A stretch of 64,000 bases of DNA from assembly GCF_009914755.1 (NCBI RefSeq), contig NC_060942.1, one strand, 5' to 3'. The stretch's first letter is position 1. Every line of letters starts with the position of its first letter. Positions 35,455-49,690 of the stretch are shown here, one piece after another. This DNA is from the human T2T-CHM13v2.0 reference genome, Homo sapiens. The position numbers were made by a program, and so were the translations under genes. The notes under the pieces are model-generated. The model was not told the DNA's origin, ran no database searches, and worked only from the letters and a program-made list of their open reading frames with translations.

Positions 35455-37460
35455 AACGAGTAAAGCTTGCCTACTTAATACACTCAAGTGTGGGGAGTCA
35501 TGGGGTGTGGAGGGGAGGAAAGGAAAGGTATTTTGTTTCTTTGTCTATACATTTCCTAGATTTCTATGCAGTTGGGATTTTTCATTTCTCTTGTACCAAT
35601 GTCCAAAACAAGAAAGAATGCAATGCTTTTGAGCCTCTGGTCTCCTGGTTCAACAACAGGCTTATATGTATGATACATGTAATTTAAACCTTCAGACAAA
35701 CTTAAATGTTGGTGCGTGCTTTTTTTTTTTTTTTTACACTGAATACTTGCTGTGTGCAATGTTTACTGAATCTTTAAAACTGTGTATTTGACCTTTTTTT
35801 TACAACACTGGTGACAGTCATATGGTTTTGAAAAAAAAAAGAAATTTTGCTTCTTCCCAGCTTTTCTCACTTTCACCCTAAACGACACTTCCTCCCCAGC
35901 CAGCCTCACTCTGTCTCCGGCCCGCAGCAGGAGCAGCCAGCAGTGCATTCACCCCACTTTTGTAAACTGCTCTGCATATAAACCAAGGGCAGAATGTTTC
36001 ACCCTGATCTTATGGGAGGAATCAAACTCCCAAAATAGTGTGTATATATGTAATAAACAGCGTCACGTAAATACATATATGCAGTGCTTGTTGTCCAAAT
36101 AGAAATGAAAATAAGTGGAAGAGAGAGGAAGAAGTCAAACCATATGAAACTGAAAAAATATGACGTACGAAATGGACAAAAAGCTTTTTCTGAAACCAAC
36201 TTTTTACTTCCATCATCCTTTTTTAGCCTGTTGCTTCAGAGAGACACAAAGTGAACACACTGGTGTGAATGTCGCTCTCTGTGTGCTTGTGTTTGTAATG
36301 AAAGTCTACAGCCAATTTTACTTGTCTACCACCGTGTTGTGCTCAAAGAGACACTACTTGAGTGAAGATTTCTTCTTTCCCTGTACCAGCTGTTACAGTG
36401 TTACGTTGTGTTTAAAATGTGTATGGTTTATTGCAATCTGAACAGAGCTATGGGTTTCTACCATAAGTCAGGTTGTTTGTTCCCTAACCTGTCTCTCATA
36501 GCAAAGTCACTTTTATAACAGTTTACCACTATGCTTGATTATAATGTGAAAGGCGGAATTCTGAGTGTGTTAAGATGGTATTAATCATGTCGGTGTCATG
36601 TCACTAAGTTTAATGCTGCTGTTTTTAAAAAAAAAAAAAAGTTTTTTTAAAAAGCCAATCTATGTACTAAATTGCTTCCAGGTAATTTTTGATTTCCTAA
36701 AGTGCACTGAGGTTATCTGGAAGATTGGGTGTATTTTTTGGTGACTGCTGCATTCATCAGCAATGAACAGTTTCCACTGTATAGTCCTAGGGGTCAGGGG
36801 GTGGGGGTTTCATTTTCCATTCCTCAGCACAGAGCAGAAATGATAGATTTTTATTGTTTGGAGTAACGTTGGTATGCAGCAGAGGAACGTAAACATTTGG
36901 TCTTGGTTCAGAAGCCTAACAGATTGCTAGACAAGAGAAAAAACTTGAAGAAAAAAGAAGCTTAATTTCATGCTTCATAAGTAGCATTTATATTTATAGC
37001 ACCAATGTACATTTTGAAACTTTCTTTCAGGGGTGGGAGTTATGGGGAAGGGGTGGGTGTGAAGGGGTAGATGAAAGCTTTAATTTAGAAAGAAAGTTCA
37101 AGTAAAGGAAATTATTTTGATTAAATATATTTTATTTGATCTGGGTATTTTTGGACCACATTATTAAATTAATTGTTAAGCTGCAGTTGAGTTGTTCAAG
37201 TGAGAGTTTTGATAAGCCACTTATGGGCCGCGTTGTGAATCACTTGCCAGTTGTACTTTATGGAGCTTATTTTATGATTTAAAATACTGTACTGTACATA
37301 GGAGGTATGTTACCTTCTCCTTATTTGTATGTTTACCATATACTTTGATATTTGAAATGTTATGTACTGGAAAGGCCACTTATATTTCTAGAACAGATTG
37401 GATTTTATGCAACCTTTTTTCCTTGAATTAACAGCAATAAAAAAATGAAAAACAGCTTAA
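35455..37460 (+). other. ZCCHC2: ZCCHC2 3'UTR (~2 kb, AU-rich, no recognisable interspersed repeat); 3' end approximate
   Basis: Follows the stop codon; U-rich tracts and UGUA motifs; ends shortly after AATAAA 37436. Confidence 0.8.
37436..37441 (+). terminator. Polyadenylation signal AATAAA (likely main ZCCHC2 site); a proximal AATAAA lies at 36052-36057
   Basis: Canonical hexamer preceded by several UGUA elements and followed by U/GU-rich sequence. Confidence 0.72.
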
Positions 37461-37648
37461 GAATTGTGCCTCATTGTAAATTTTGTAAAAGTGGAGATAG
37501 GACATCATACATGGCGATTTTTTTAAAGTTTTATTTAGGTATGTAATTATTTTGGGGTTAAGGATCAATCCATTTCCCTGCAGGGTGGGCAGTGAATCCC
37601 AAAGTTATTTACCATCTGGATGCTCCTCAGTTCTTCCCCCAAATAACC

Positions 37649-37942
37649 TTTTTGTTTTTGAGACGGGGTCTTGCTCTGTCGCCCAGGTTGGAGTGCAGTG
37701 GCGGGATCTCAGCTCCCTGCAACCTCTGCCTCCCTGGATTCAAGCGATTCTCCTGCCTCCGCCTCCTGAGTAGCTGGGATTACAGGTATGTACCATGACA
37801 CCCAGCTAATTTTTGTATTTTTAGTAGAAACGGGGTTTCACCATGTTGGCCAGGCTGGTCTTGAACTCCTGACATCAAGTGATCTGCCTGCCTCTGCCTC
37901 CCAAAGTGGTGGGATTACAGGCATGAGCCTCCATGCCCGGCC
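37649..37942 (-). mobile_element. Alu (AluS-like), antisense
   Basis: Full reverse-complement dimer. Confidence 0.94.
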
Positions 37943-38597
37943 TCCCAAGTAACTTTATATAGAGGTAATCTGCGTGACCACTAGAGAAAGGGGGACTGCA
38001 CTCCGTGAGTTTTGAGTACTCGGCTGCGTGCCAAACACTATGGTAGCAATGAGGCAGAGTCCTTGTCAACCTTGAGCTCGTATTTCCAGTTTAGGCCTTT
38101 AGCCACTAAAAGTGTAAAGGACTCATTACTTTATCAACTTTGTTAGTGTGATTTTATTAGCCAGGCCCCTCTCTCAGTATAATGTGTACTATTTTTTATT
38201 TCATTGCTTATCTTGGCTGTAATCCAGGCTCAAAGTTTTTAAACGGTTGGTAATTTATAAGAGACGGTTGGGGGCCTGTGTGTGTTGCTCCACGCCGCCC
38301 TTGACGCAGTCCTGGTGGCCAGCACCGTCCTGGGCCTTGGCTCTTTGTCAGGAGCCATCTAATGACTGTGCCCTCTGGATCCGGTTGGGTGGGCAGTGAG
38401 TTTGAAATGATTATAAATTCCCTGATTGTTTACAGGGCACCAACTTTCGTTTTCAGCCAACAAATAATGCACCTATAGGTAACGTGTAAATCATGAACCC
38501 AGATTCACATTAACTAGCATGTCCCATATCCTTAGCTATCCCTCCCTCCCCTTCCCCCACTACACTAAGGTAACCACTGCTTTAGATTGTGTTAGTC

Positions 38598-38905
<308 letters not shown>

Positions 38906-39364
38906 TTCTGTTACTCTTTTACTTGTTTATTTCCCCACACACTGCTCCTAAATATACCGTTTCTTTTTGTTTTTCTTGAGCTTTATAAGGGTATCCTTTT
39001 GTGCCTAGCTTTCTGTGCCTGGCTCTGTTCATCTGATTTTATGGTCTTGATGTTGTGTTCTTATATTTATTCATTTTCCCTACCTTATGATAGTCTCATT
39101 GTGGGGAAGAATATAGATAATTTCTCCATTCTGTCAATGGACATCTGGGTGGTTTTAATTTTTTTTCTGTTACAAACAAGTCTGCTGGGAACATTGTTGT
39201 CCCTGGTTCGTGTGTACACGAGTCCTCTAGGGCGGCAAGCTGGGAGTGCAGCGGCTGGGTTGTAGGACATGCAAGTATTCAGTTTGCCAAGATTTGCAGT
39301 ATTGTTTTCCAAGTGATTTACACTCACACCAGCAATGTAGTAGAGAATCCTGAATGGGTATCTA

Positions 39365-40774
39365 GACCCCCCTCCCGAGATGGTGTCACAGTGCTGTGGA
39401 AGGCCAGGTGGACCCCTCCCGAGACGGTGTCACAGTGCTGTGGAAGGCCAGGTGGACCCCTCCCGAGACGGTGTCACAGCGCTGTGGAAGGCCAGGTGGA
39501 CCCCTCCCGAGACGGTGTCACAGTGCTGTGGAAGGCCAGGTGGACCCCTCCCGAGACGGTGTCACAGCGCTGTGGAAGGCCAGGTGGACCCCTCCCGAGA
39601 TGGTGTCACAGCGCTGTGGAAGGCCAGGTGGACCCCTCCCGAGACGGTGTCACAGTGCTGTGGAAGGCCAGGTGGACCCCTCCCGAGACGGTGTCACAGC
39701 GCTGTGGAAGGCCAGGTGGACCCCTCCCGAGATGGTGTCACAGCGCTGTGGAAGGCCAGGTGGACCCCTCCCGAGACGGTGTCACAGTGCTGTGGAAGGC
39801 GAGGTGGACCCCTCCCGAGATGGTGTCACAGTGCTGTGGAAGGCGAGGTGGACCCCTCCCGAGATGGTGTCACAGTGCTGTGGAAGGCGAGGTGGACCCC
39901 TCCCGAGACGGTGTCACAGCGCTGTGGAAGGCCAGGTGGACCCCTCCCGAGACGGTGTCACAGTGCTGTGGAAGGCCAGGTGGACCCCTCCCGAGACGGT
40001 GTCACAGCGCTGTGGAAGGCCAGGTGGACCCCTCCCGAGATGGTGTCACAGCGCTGTGGAAGGCCAGGTGGACCCCTCCCGAGACGGTGTCACAGCGCTG
40101 TGGAAGGCCAGGTGGACCCCTCCCGAGACGGTGTCACAGTGCTGTGGAAGGCCAGGTGGACCCCTCCCGAGACGGTGTCACAGCGCTGTGGAAGGCCAGG
40201 TGGACCCCTCCCGAGATGGTGTCACAGCGCTGTGGAAGGCCAGGTGGACCCCTCCCGAGACGGTGTCACAGTGCTGTGGAAGGCGAGGTGGACCCCTCCC
40301 GAGATGGTGTCACAGTGCTGTGGAAGGCGAGGTGGACCCCTCCTGAGATGGTGTCACAGTGCTGTGGAAGGCGAGGTGGACCCCTCCCGAGATGGTGTCA
40401 CAGCGCTGTGGAAGGCCAGGTGGACCCCTCCCGAGATGGTGTCACAGCGCTGTGGAAGGCCAGGTGGACCCCTCCCGAGATGGTGTCACAGCGCTGTGGA
40501 AGGCCAGGTGGACCCCTCCCGAGATGGTGTCACAGTGCTGTGGAAGGCGAGGTGGACCCCTCCCGAGATGGTGTCACAGCGCTGTGGAAGGCCAGGTGGA
40601 CCCCTCCCGAGATGGTGTCACAGCGCTGTGGAAGGCCAGGTGGACCCCTCCCGAGATGGTGTCACAGCGCTGTGGAAGGCGAGGTGGACCCCTCCCGAGA
40701 TGGTGTCACAGTGCTGTGGAAGGCCAGGTGGACCCCTCCCGAGATGGTGTCACAGTGCTGTGGAAGGCCAGGTG
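39365..40774. repeat. Minisatellite/VNTR, 32 copies of 44-bp unit GACCCCTCCCGAGAYGGTGTCACAGYGCTGTGGAAGGCSAGGTG
   Basis: 31 exact 44-nt periods over 39411-40774 plus a 46-nt first unit. Confidence 0.98.
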
Positions 40775-41270
40775 GGGGAATGCATGTGCAGCCTAGGTCT
40801 TTGCATCTAGAAAGAGCCCCAGAGTGGAGAGTCACCTTGGGGAAGGGGACGCAGGCTGGGCAGGAACAAAAACAGCAGTGTGTGGTTGGGGACGTGGGGG
40901 AAGGAGATACAGCCATAGTAAAGGGAAAATTATAAAAGAGTTTCAAGATTTGTGGGTACAGTAGATAAAATGGGATCAGACTGGAGAATTTGGAGTTGGT
41001 TGAATGAAAAATGGGAAGTTTCCAAGTTTTGAATAGAGGGAAAACACATTGACAGTGGTATTTGAGGAAATCCTCAGGTGGTTAAGGAAAGAGAGCCTGG
41101 AGGTTGAAAGACGGGTTAGGCATGGCCAGGAGGGCCGAGACTAAGGTGTTGGCCGTGGGAAGGTCCATTTAGAAAGGGATGGAAGAGACAGGTAGAAGGA
41201 ACCTTGATGCTCTGAACTTTATTTTCCCTAGATGTAAAATGAGAATTGCTCTTTTAAATTATGGTTCAGT

Positions 41271-41565
<295 letters not shown>

Positions 41566-41693
41566 TGGCTCTGAAGGTTAAATAATCTATGGGAAAGGTC
41601 CAACATAATGAAATAGCACTGAGAAGCCACTCAAATTCTAGTTGAATTCAATTTTGATGAACAGGGAGATTGTAATACTATTTTAAGAGACAG

Positions 41694-41993
<300 letters not shown>

Positions 41994-44900
41994 GGGAAGA
42001 TGTGGACGAGAACAGGTTTGGGTAGGAGTGATGGCAGTGATTCTTTGGATGGTGAGGAACCTAGCAAACATAGCTCTTCATTAGACTAAGATTAGTTAAT
42101 TTTGCTCTATGCACTGATGAACGATATAGAAGCTATTCCTTACCCTCGCAGATTAAACCTAGTTGGAAAGCTTGCCAGTTAATGGTATGTATGGACTGTA
42201 CAGACATGCCGAGTCATAACGGTCATGATTATTCAGTACCAAAGTAAAAGTTTATGGCAAGGCAAATCTACATTTAATTTTTTATGTAAGCACTAAGAAT
42301 CAAATTTTTCTGAAAAGGTTCCAAAGAGATGAGAAAGCACGGTGTAAAATACCTGTTTTCTTAACAGCACCTAGTACTTAACAGCACCATCCATTTGAGC
42401 TTGGAAGACATCTTTTTCACTTCTCCATACTGATTGCAAAAGCATTCTAAGGTTAAGGCAGTGAAACCATATGGAGGCAAGCTGTGACAATAGTTCCACC
42501 CCATGACACTCCCATAATCTTAAAAGAATAAAAAAATACTGACCCCCCCCTCCACCCAACCCCACCCCACCAAGAGGGAGGGCTCATTGATTTCCAGAGC
42601 AGTGAGTTTCGAGGTGTGAGATATGAAGAAATGGGGTCCCTGCCTGGAAACGTAGTCACGACATCTCTACATCTTCTTCTCTTTAGGGGAGGAGACCAGC
42701 TGTTAAAGGATGAGGGGCTCTGGGGTCCCAGGGCTGAGAGGCAGGTGTCAGCTCGGGGTGGAGGGAATGTTTTAACTGGAGTGCCCTCGCCCCTTCAGAT
42801 GACCCTGTGCAGAGAGAGGACAGGCCAGGGCGGACAACCTTGTCTTTCCCTGGATGCTCATTAACGTATTGGCTTGCTCAGGTTGGATTCCTAGGGTCAG
42901 AATAACATCATATTTGATGTTACCGCTGCTTACAGATACAGCTGTTGTGCTTGTCCATGCAAAATTTCCCTAATTCCTAAACGCTGTCCTCTGTTGAAAA
43001 ATGTAAGCCCCCTGAATTGGAACATGGGTACACATCACCTGAGTTCTGTGTGTGTATGCAAATGTTTATCAATTGTGGAAGCTTTGGAATTGGGGGTGGT
43101 TTGGGGCTTCCTCTTGTCTGTTCTGTAATGGGGGCACATCACACGTGTGGGGACCGGAGACCCTTCACGCAGTCACCTCCGCCTGCAGAGAATGCGGGCC
43201 TTGGTCACCAGAAGCTCTCAATCCCATGATCCGGTTTTGCTCTCTGAAATTTGGCGGTGGGAGTTGTGGTGAGGTGGGGGGTTGGGTGGTTCTTCATTGT
43301 TTTTCTTTTTCCTCTTGCAGTTCCAATTTGAGCCGCTGTGAAAAAGGCCTCCACCAGCCTCTCACCAGAAGAGATTGCTCATTGGAACGCAATGCCACCT
43401 GGTGGGGGACGAGGACAGTGCGAGCAAGCAGATGTTATTTCCTACTGACCTAATTTAGAGAACATTAAACGTAAGAGAGGGAACATTTGGGGTTGGAAGC
43501 CTGTGCCCAAAACCTTAAAGAGTGCAGGCAGCTGGCCATAAAAGCAGCTTGAGCAAACCCCTCATTCAGCCGTTGAAATGTGTGTGTGAACACTTTAAAG
43601 GTTTCCTCTGTGCTTTTCCTGCGTGCATTTGGTCATCACAGCTGTGAAGTGGGGTGGGAATGTTTCCCCTCGTTTTCTAGGAGAGAAATTTTGGGTTCAG
43701 TGAGACGAAGTGCTGCAGACAGGCCCATGGTGATGCTCAGGCCTCTGCTTGAAGTTGGTGCTCACTTCCTGGCACCACTTCCTGCCCCCACCAGTGCTTC
43801 TGGCAGAGCCCAGGGCAGTGGCTTTATGGAACTGTGTAAGGTGATAGGAACCCACAGGTGGAATGGCCGTGTGGCCTCTGGACTGAGGAGGGCTGGACCA
43901 GGTTGTGGGCACGCCTGGAACACACGCCACATCCTATCCCATAGCGAGGCCTCTTCCTTGTGGCTCTCGAAGGATTTGAGGACGCGGGAGGGTGAAATGT
44001 TTCCAGAGAAATATCCAGGACTTTTAGAACTAGGCTTTCAAAAGCATTTACCTGTCAGATAAATTCAAGTGGCATCAATGCAGATTTTAAATGTGTACAG
44101 ATATCTCCACTCGCACGCTGAGTTGTGCTTCACACAAGTTTTGCGCACGGAGTATTCCATTAAATCTACTGAAGCAGTGGGGCAAGGAGAAAGGAGAGGT
44201 GACTGCTGATGTTTTTAAAGCTCTGACAGTCACATATAGATTGTCCCAGGTACCCCTGCTGCCCCCAAGACACTCCAAAGGCAAAGATGGATGGTGACAA
44301 AGTAACCTTCATGCAGAAACAAGAACAGTCACCCCCAACAACAAGCCCTGCTGAAGGTGAAGAATGCCACCAGGCTGCCTGGCAGTTACTGAGTGCTTAT
44401 TCCTGCTAGCCTATTGGAGTCACGTCATATTTGTTACATGGTAACTTAATTGTGCCTTCCACGCCTTCACAAAATCAGTTGTACAAGAGAAGGCACCCAC
44501 CACAGTCCATGTGACCTTTCTCGGTCTGATTTACATAGTGGGGATGATGACACTCGCGTTGTAGAGTAGTTGCACGATTAAACCTGGCACACAGACATAA
44601 AGCACTCAATGTCTGACACATAGTGGACTCTCAAGAAGTTTGTCATGCAGGGGACACTTGAATGCCCAGTATGGGCCAGACAGCATCAGCTCATTTCAGT
44701 CCCACAGCCCTGTGAGGGAGGAACTCTGCCCTGTTTTACAGTTAGGGAAATTGAGGCACAAAGGCTAAGAAGTCGATATCCAAGGGCACAGAATGATTGG
44801 GTGACGGTGAGCCCAGGCAGTGTGACAACAAGGTTGCTGCCCCACGCCACCTCTGTCTTTCGTGGGTATGTCGGTGTGAGGTGTAGGCAGCCCTGCACTG

Positions 44901-45241
44901 GCATTCAGCAGGCGGGACTCCCGGGCAGGCTCTTCTGCGAACACTCATGGGCCACCAGCCCTTTCTGGAACTTGCCTTTTTTTTTTTTTTTTACCTGAAA
45001 GCTACGTGAATCGTTGGTAAATTGGTGTAAAAATGGAACTGAGTCATCTCAAAAGTTCCTTTCAGTTCTAAAATTCTGTGAATTGAAGCCTACTTTTTCA
45101 CTTTAAATGATTTATTGGGTTTACAGTTCTTTACGCTTTCTGATTGAACTGATTTGAAGTTCTTATTTCGTGTGTTGGGGAACACACCCCCAACCCGTCA
45201 CAGCGTGGCCGTGGGTGGGAGATGGACGTTAGGCTGGCCAG

Positions 45242-45255
45242 TCACTAGGGGGCAG
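45242..45255 (+). promoter_or_regulatory. Candidate CTCF site TCACTAGGGGGCAG
   Basis: 13/14 match to the CCASYAGRKGGCRS core consensus. Confidence 0.5.
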
Positions 45256-45439
45256 CATCAGCACGGGTCTGGCTGTCCCTGGCCTTAGGGAGCAGTTTCT
45301 GCCCCTCCTGCCCCGTCAGAAAGTCTCGGACTCCTCTCTGCTTGCATGTGTAAAGTTTTCATTTTCAGGGGCCTTTTAGTCAAAAAAAATAAAGCTGTAT
45401 GACTTAGTGCTGAAGGATATGAATTAGGCGTAGCTCTTG

Positions 45440-45740
45440 GGTTGGCAGCATAAACCAAGGGGCATCAACCCACCACCGACAAGCTAAGAATGGTTTTTAC
45501 ATCTTTAAATGGTTGAAAAAGGAAAAAGAATGTTTAGTGACACGTGAAAAATACATGAAATTCAAACTTCAGTGTCTACAAATAAAGTGCATTAGCACAC
45601 GGTCGTCTTGCTTCTCTATGTGTTGTCTGTGGGTGCTTTGTCTTATCCCAGCAAAGTGGAATAACTGGGATGGAGACGCTATGGCCCTCGAAGCCTAAAA
45701 TATTTACCGTCTGTCCCTTACAGGAAAAGCTTGCCATAAT
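45440..45740 (+). mobile_element. MER58B-like hAT-Charlie element
   Basis: AGCTAAGAATGGTTTTTACATCTTTAAATGGTTG ... AAGCCTAAAATATTTACCGTCTGTCCCTTACAG matches the recalled MER58 consensus. Confidence 0.75.
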
Positions 45741-47672
45741 CAGCCTCATCTGAAGAAAGATGCACTTCGCATTATCTTGAAGGTCCTGATTTTCTGGGAG
45801 GAGGGACTCGTGCCCTCCTTTTCGGGCTCTGCTTTCTTGGCACAGTCAGTAGTTTCTGGCGCTTAAGAAGGCACAGACGCTAAGTGGGTGCAGTGAGCCC
45901 AGGCAGTGCGCGGCACTGAGCGGTTAGGAAGTTGCTGGTTCTTATGCACAGTCATTCAGCAAACCTTGGCTGGGAGCTCAGCCTAGCGAGGGGCATCCTA
46001 GCACCAAAGATCAGAAAGAATGGGGAGGGGAATGAGGGAAGGACTTTCAAAGGGCGTGTTTTAGTTGAGCCAAGAAGGAAGAAGTGAGCTTTTCCTTAGT
46101 GAAGAGGTGAGAGATGGCAAAGGAAACAGCATCGCCCAAGGTGCTTCTGGGAAGAGTAGCTAATGGAGAGTGCGCTGGGTGGGGGAATGAAAGACTCCAG
46201 GTCCTGCTGCAGGAGCTGGGAGGCGGGGTGGTCCAGAGACAGGCAGGGGCAGGCAGGGGCTGCAGGCACCTGCTTCACCGCGGGAGGGAGCCAGGAGAAG
46301 TGGGTCCCAGAGGAAAATCTTCCTGTACACGGGCTGCATTAGTGGTACCTGAGGGCATCTGGAAGACCGTGGTTCTCCTTGCAACAGTCACCTAATGGCC
46401 TTCAGTGAAAAGACAGACTCCTTGACTCTCTCTTTCCCCAAACACATTCCTACAGAGTGGAAGTTTCCAGAGAAAACAGCCATCAAAGAAGGTTGAGAGT
46501 GAGAATTAAGAGACACTGGAGAAGATCAAGAGAATGTGCCCTGAAGACAACAACAAAAATCAATAAAAGATTTCAAGAATGAAATGGCTGTTGTGGTCAC
46601 GTGCAGTAGAGATAAGGAATTATTCCTCGGGGTCACTGAAGCTAAGAAGACGGGTGCTGGGGGATGGGGGCAGCAGGGGAGGGGATGAGGGCAGGGCTGG
46701 AGGAAGACGCCTAGGCAGATGGGAGCTGTGAAGGTGGAGTTGCCCGTTGTACTTGGGGCAGGCGGAGGGTGGCCTGATGGTGTCCTTTATCCCGGTGACA
46801 TGGGGGAGGCAGGCACTGAGGAGAGGGACCAACGTCTGGAACTGCTGCTTGGATCAGGGAGCCGAGGGGCACTGAGTAAAACTCCCAGCATCCCTGAGGG
46901 TCCACTGAGATTGAAACCATGGATTTGAGGTGTGGCCAATCACACAACACAGCTTAGAAATCATTTCTTTCTAATGATGTAGGAAGCCGAGGCAAGAGAA
47001 GGGTTAGGTTGATTTGGGATGGAGATGTGCGGGTTCCATACAAAGATTTTGTGTTGAGTTCACTGCCCTTGCTAATTCAATTACCCCTTTTGGGCTTTCA
47101 CTTCTCCTATCACTCTCCCTGCAAACCCATTCCTATCTCTGCTACAAGTTGAATGCCTTGTTAGGGGTGCTGCCTCCAGCTCCCAGGGTTGCAAGTCTGC
47201 GCCCTGCATGCCTGTTCCCTGCAGCCACACTGGGCCCATCCCAAGGGTCCTGCTGCCTCCAGGCTTCTTGGGCCTTCACTTTTTCCAAGCTCTTGTTTTG
47301 GTGCCAGCTTCTATGTCACTGTTCCCAGACTAAGTGGGGAAGGGACTTGCCCCAGGAGTCCCAAATCTTGTCCGCAAGTCACTAATCTCTGGTAACTTAC
47401 ATCAATCAAACCAGAGACTGAAAAGAGTTCCCTGGGCGGGTCAGGAAAGTGGTTTTTCTACCTAGACAGTGTGTGTGCATCAGGCAGCAAGCTGAAGTTA
47501 CACATCAGCAGCAAAGGCTTACCAGAAAACTCCGTTTGGACTTAATTTAGATTGTGCAAATACGAAAAGGTGAGTGGCTGAAATGTGCCTTTTACTAATG
47601 GTAGGGGTGAAGGGAGGGAGGACAGTTTGCTAAACATAGAAACATGATTTCTGGGGAAATGTTTAAACCGTT

Positions 47673-47933
47673 AGGACAAGGCTTATGCCTATAATCACTG
47701 GGCGGCTGAGCTGGGGGGATGGCTTGAGGCCAGGAGTTCAAGACCAGCCCAGGCGACATCACAAGACCCCCTTCTCTACCAAAAAATAAAAGCCAGGTGT
47801 GGTGCATGCCTGTGGTCCCAACTATTCAGGAGGCTGAGGCGGGAGGATTGCTTGAGCCCAGGAGTTCGAGGCTTCTGTGAGCTATGATCACACCACAGCA
47901 TTCCACAGCCACAGCGAGACCCTGTCTTAAAAA
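47673..47933 (+). mobile_element. Degraded Alu (AluJ-like)
   Basis: Diverged dimer with deletions. Confidence 0.85.
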
Positions 47934-48379
47934 GCAAACTGCTAAGACAAGTGACCTCCAAGCATTTCACAAGGATCTATTAAATAACAGATAAGTAATA
48001 TTACAATTCCACTCTAGTTAACCTCTGTCTAGTTGCTAAATTTCTGAACAGAAGTATAGAGGTTATTGGCGTAGACTCAGTTTGAATCCGAAGACGACTA
48101 TTTACATGCTGGGGCCACAGAGCAATGTCCTTCCCCTCTGAGCCTCAGTTCTTTTACCTGTAAATAAAAATCACAGTAGTGTCCACCCCACAGGTGTGTG
48201 CAAGGGTTAGATCATCTAAACGTGGTGTCTGGCATACAGGGAGCGCTAACACAGTCTTCTGTTTTCTCTTAAAATGTTTACTTATTCGAAACCTGCCTTC
48301 CTATTTTAGGGCTTATCAAAGTTAGAAATGCCTCCCTTCTTGGGTTAGACTGTGCCTTGTTCTTTCCTGTTAGCTGTTT

Positions 48380-49690
<1,311 letters not shown>

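Noticed and set aside
39365-40774. CRISPR-like array
   Set aside because: Units are contiguous with no unique spacers and there are no cas genes; it is a eukaryotic minisatellite
39313-40935. 540/476/316-aa ORFs as real protein-coding genes
   Set aside because: Fully explained by a stop-free tandem unit; no promoter, splicing or homology evidence, so kept only as a hypothesis
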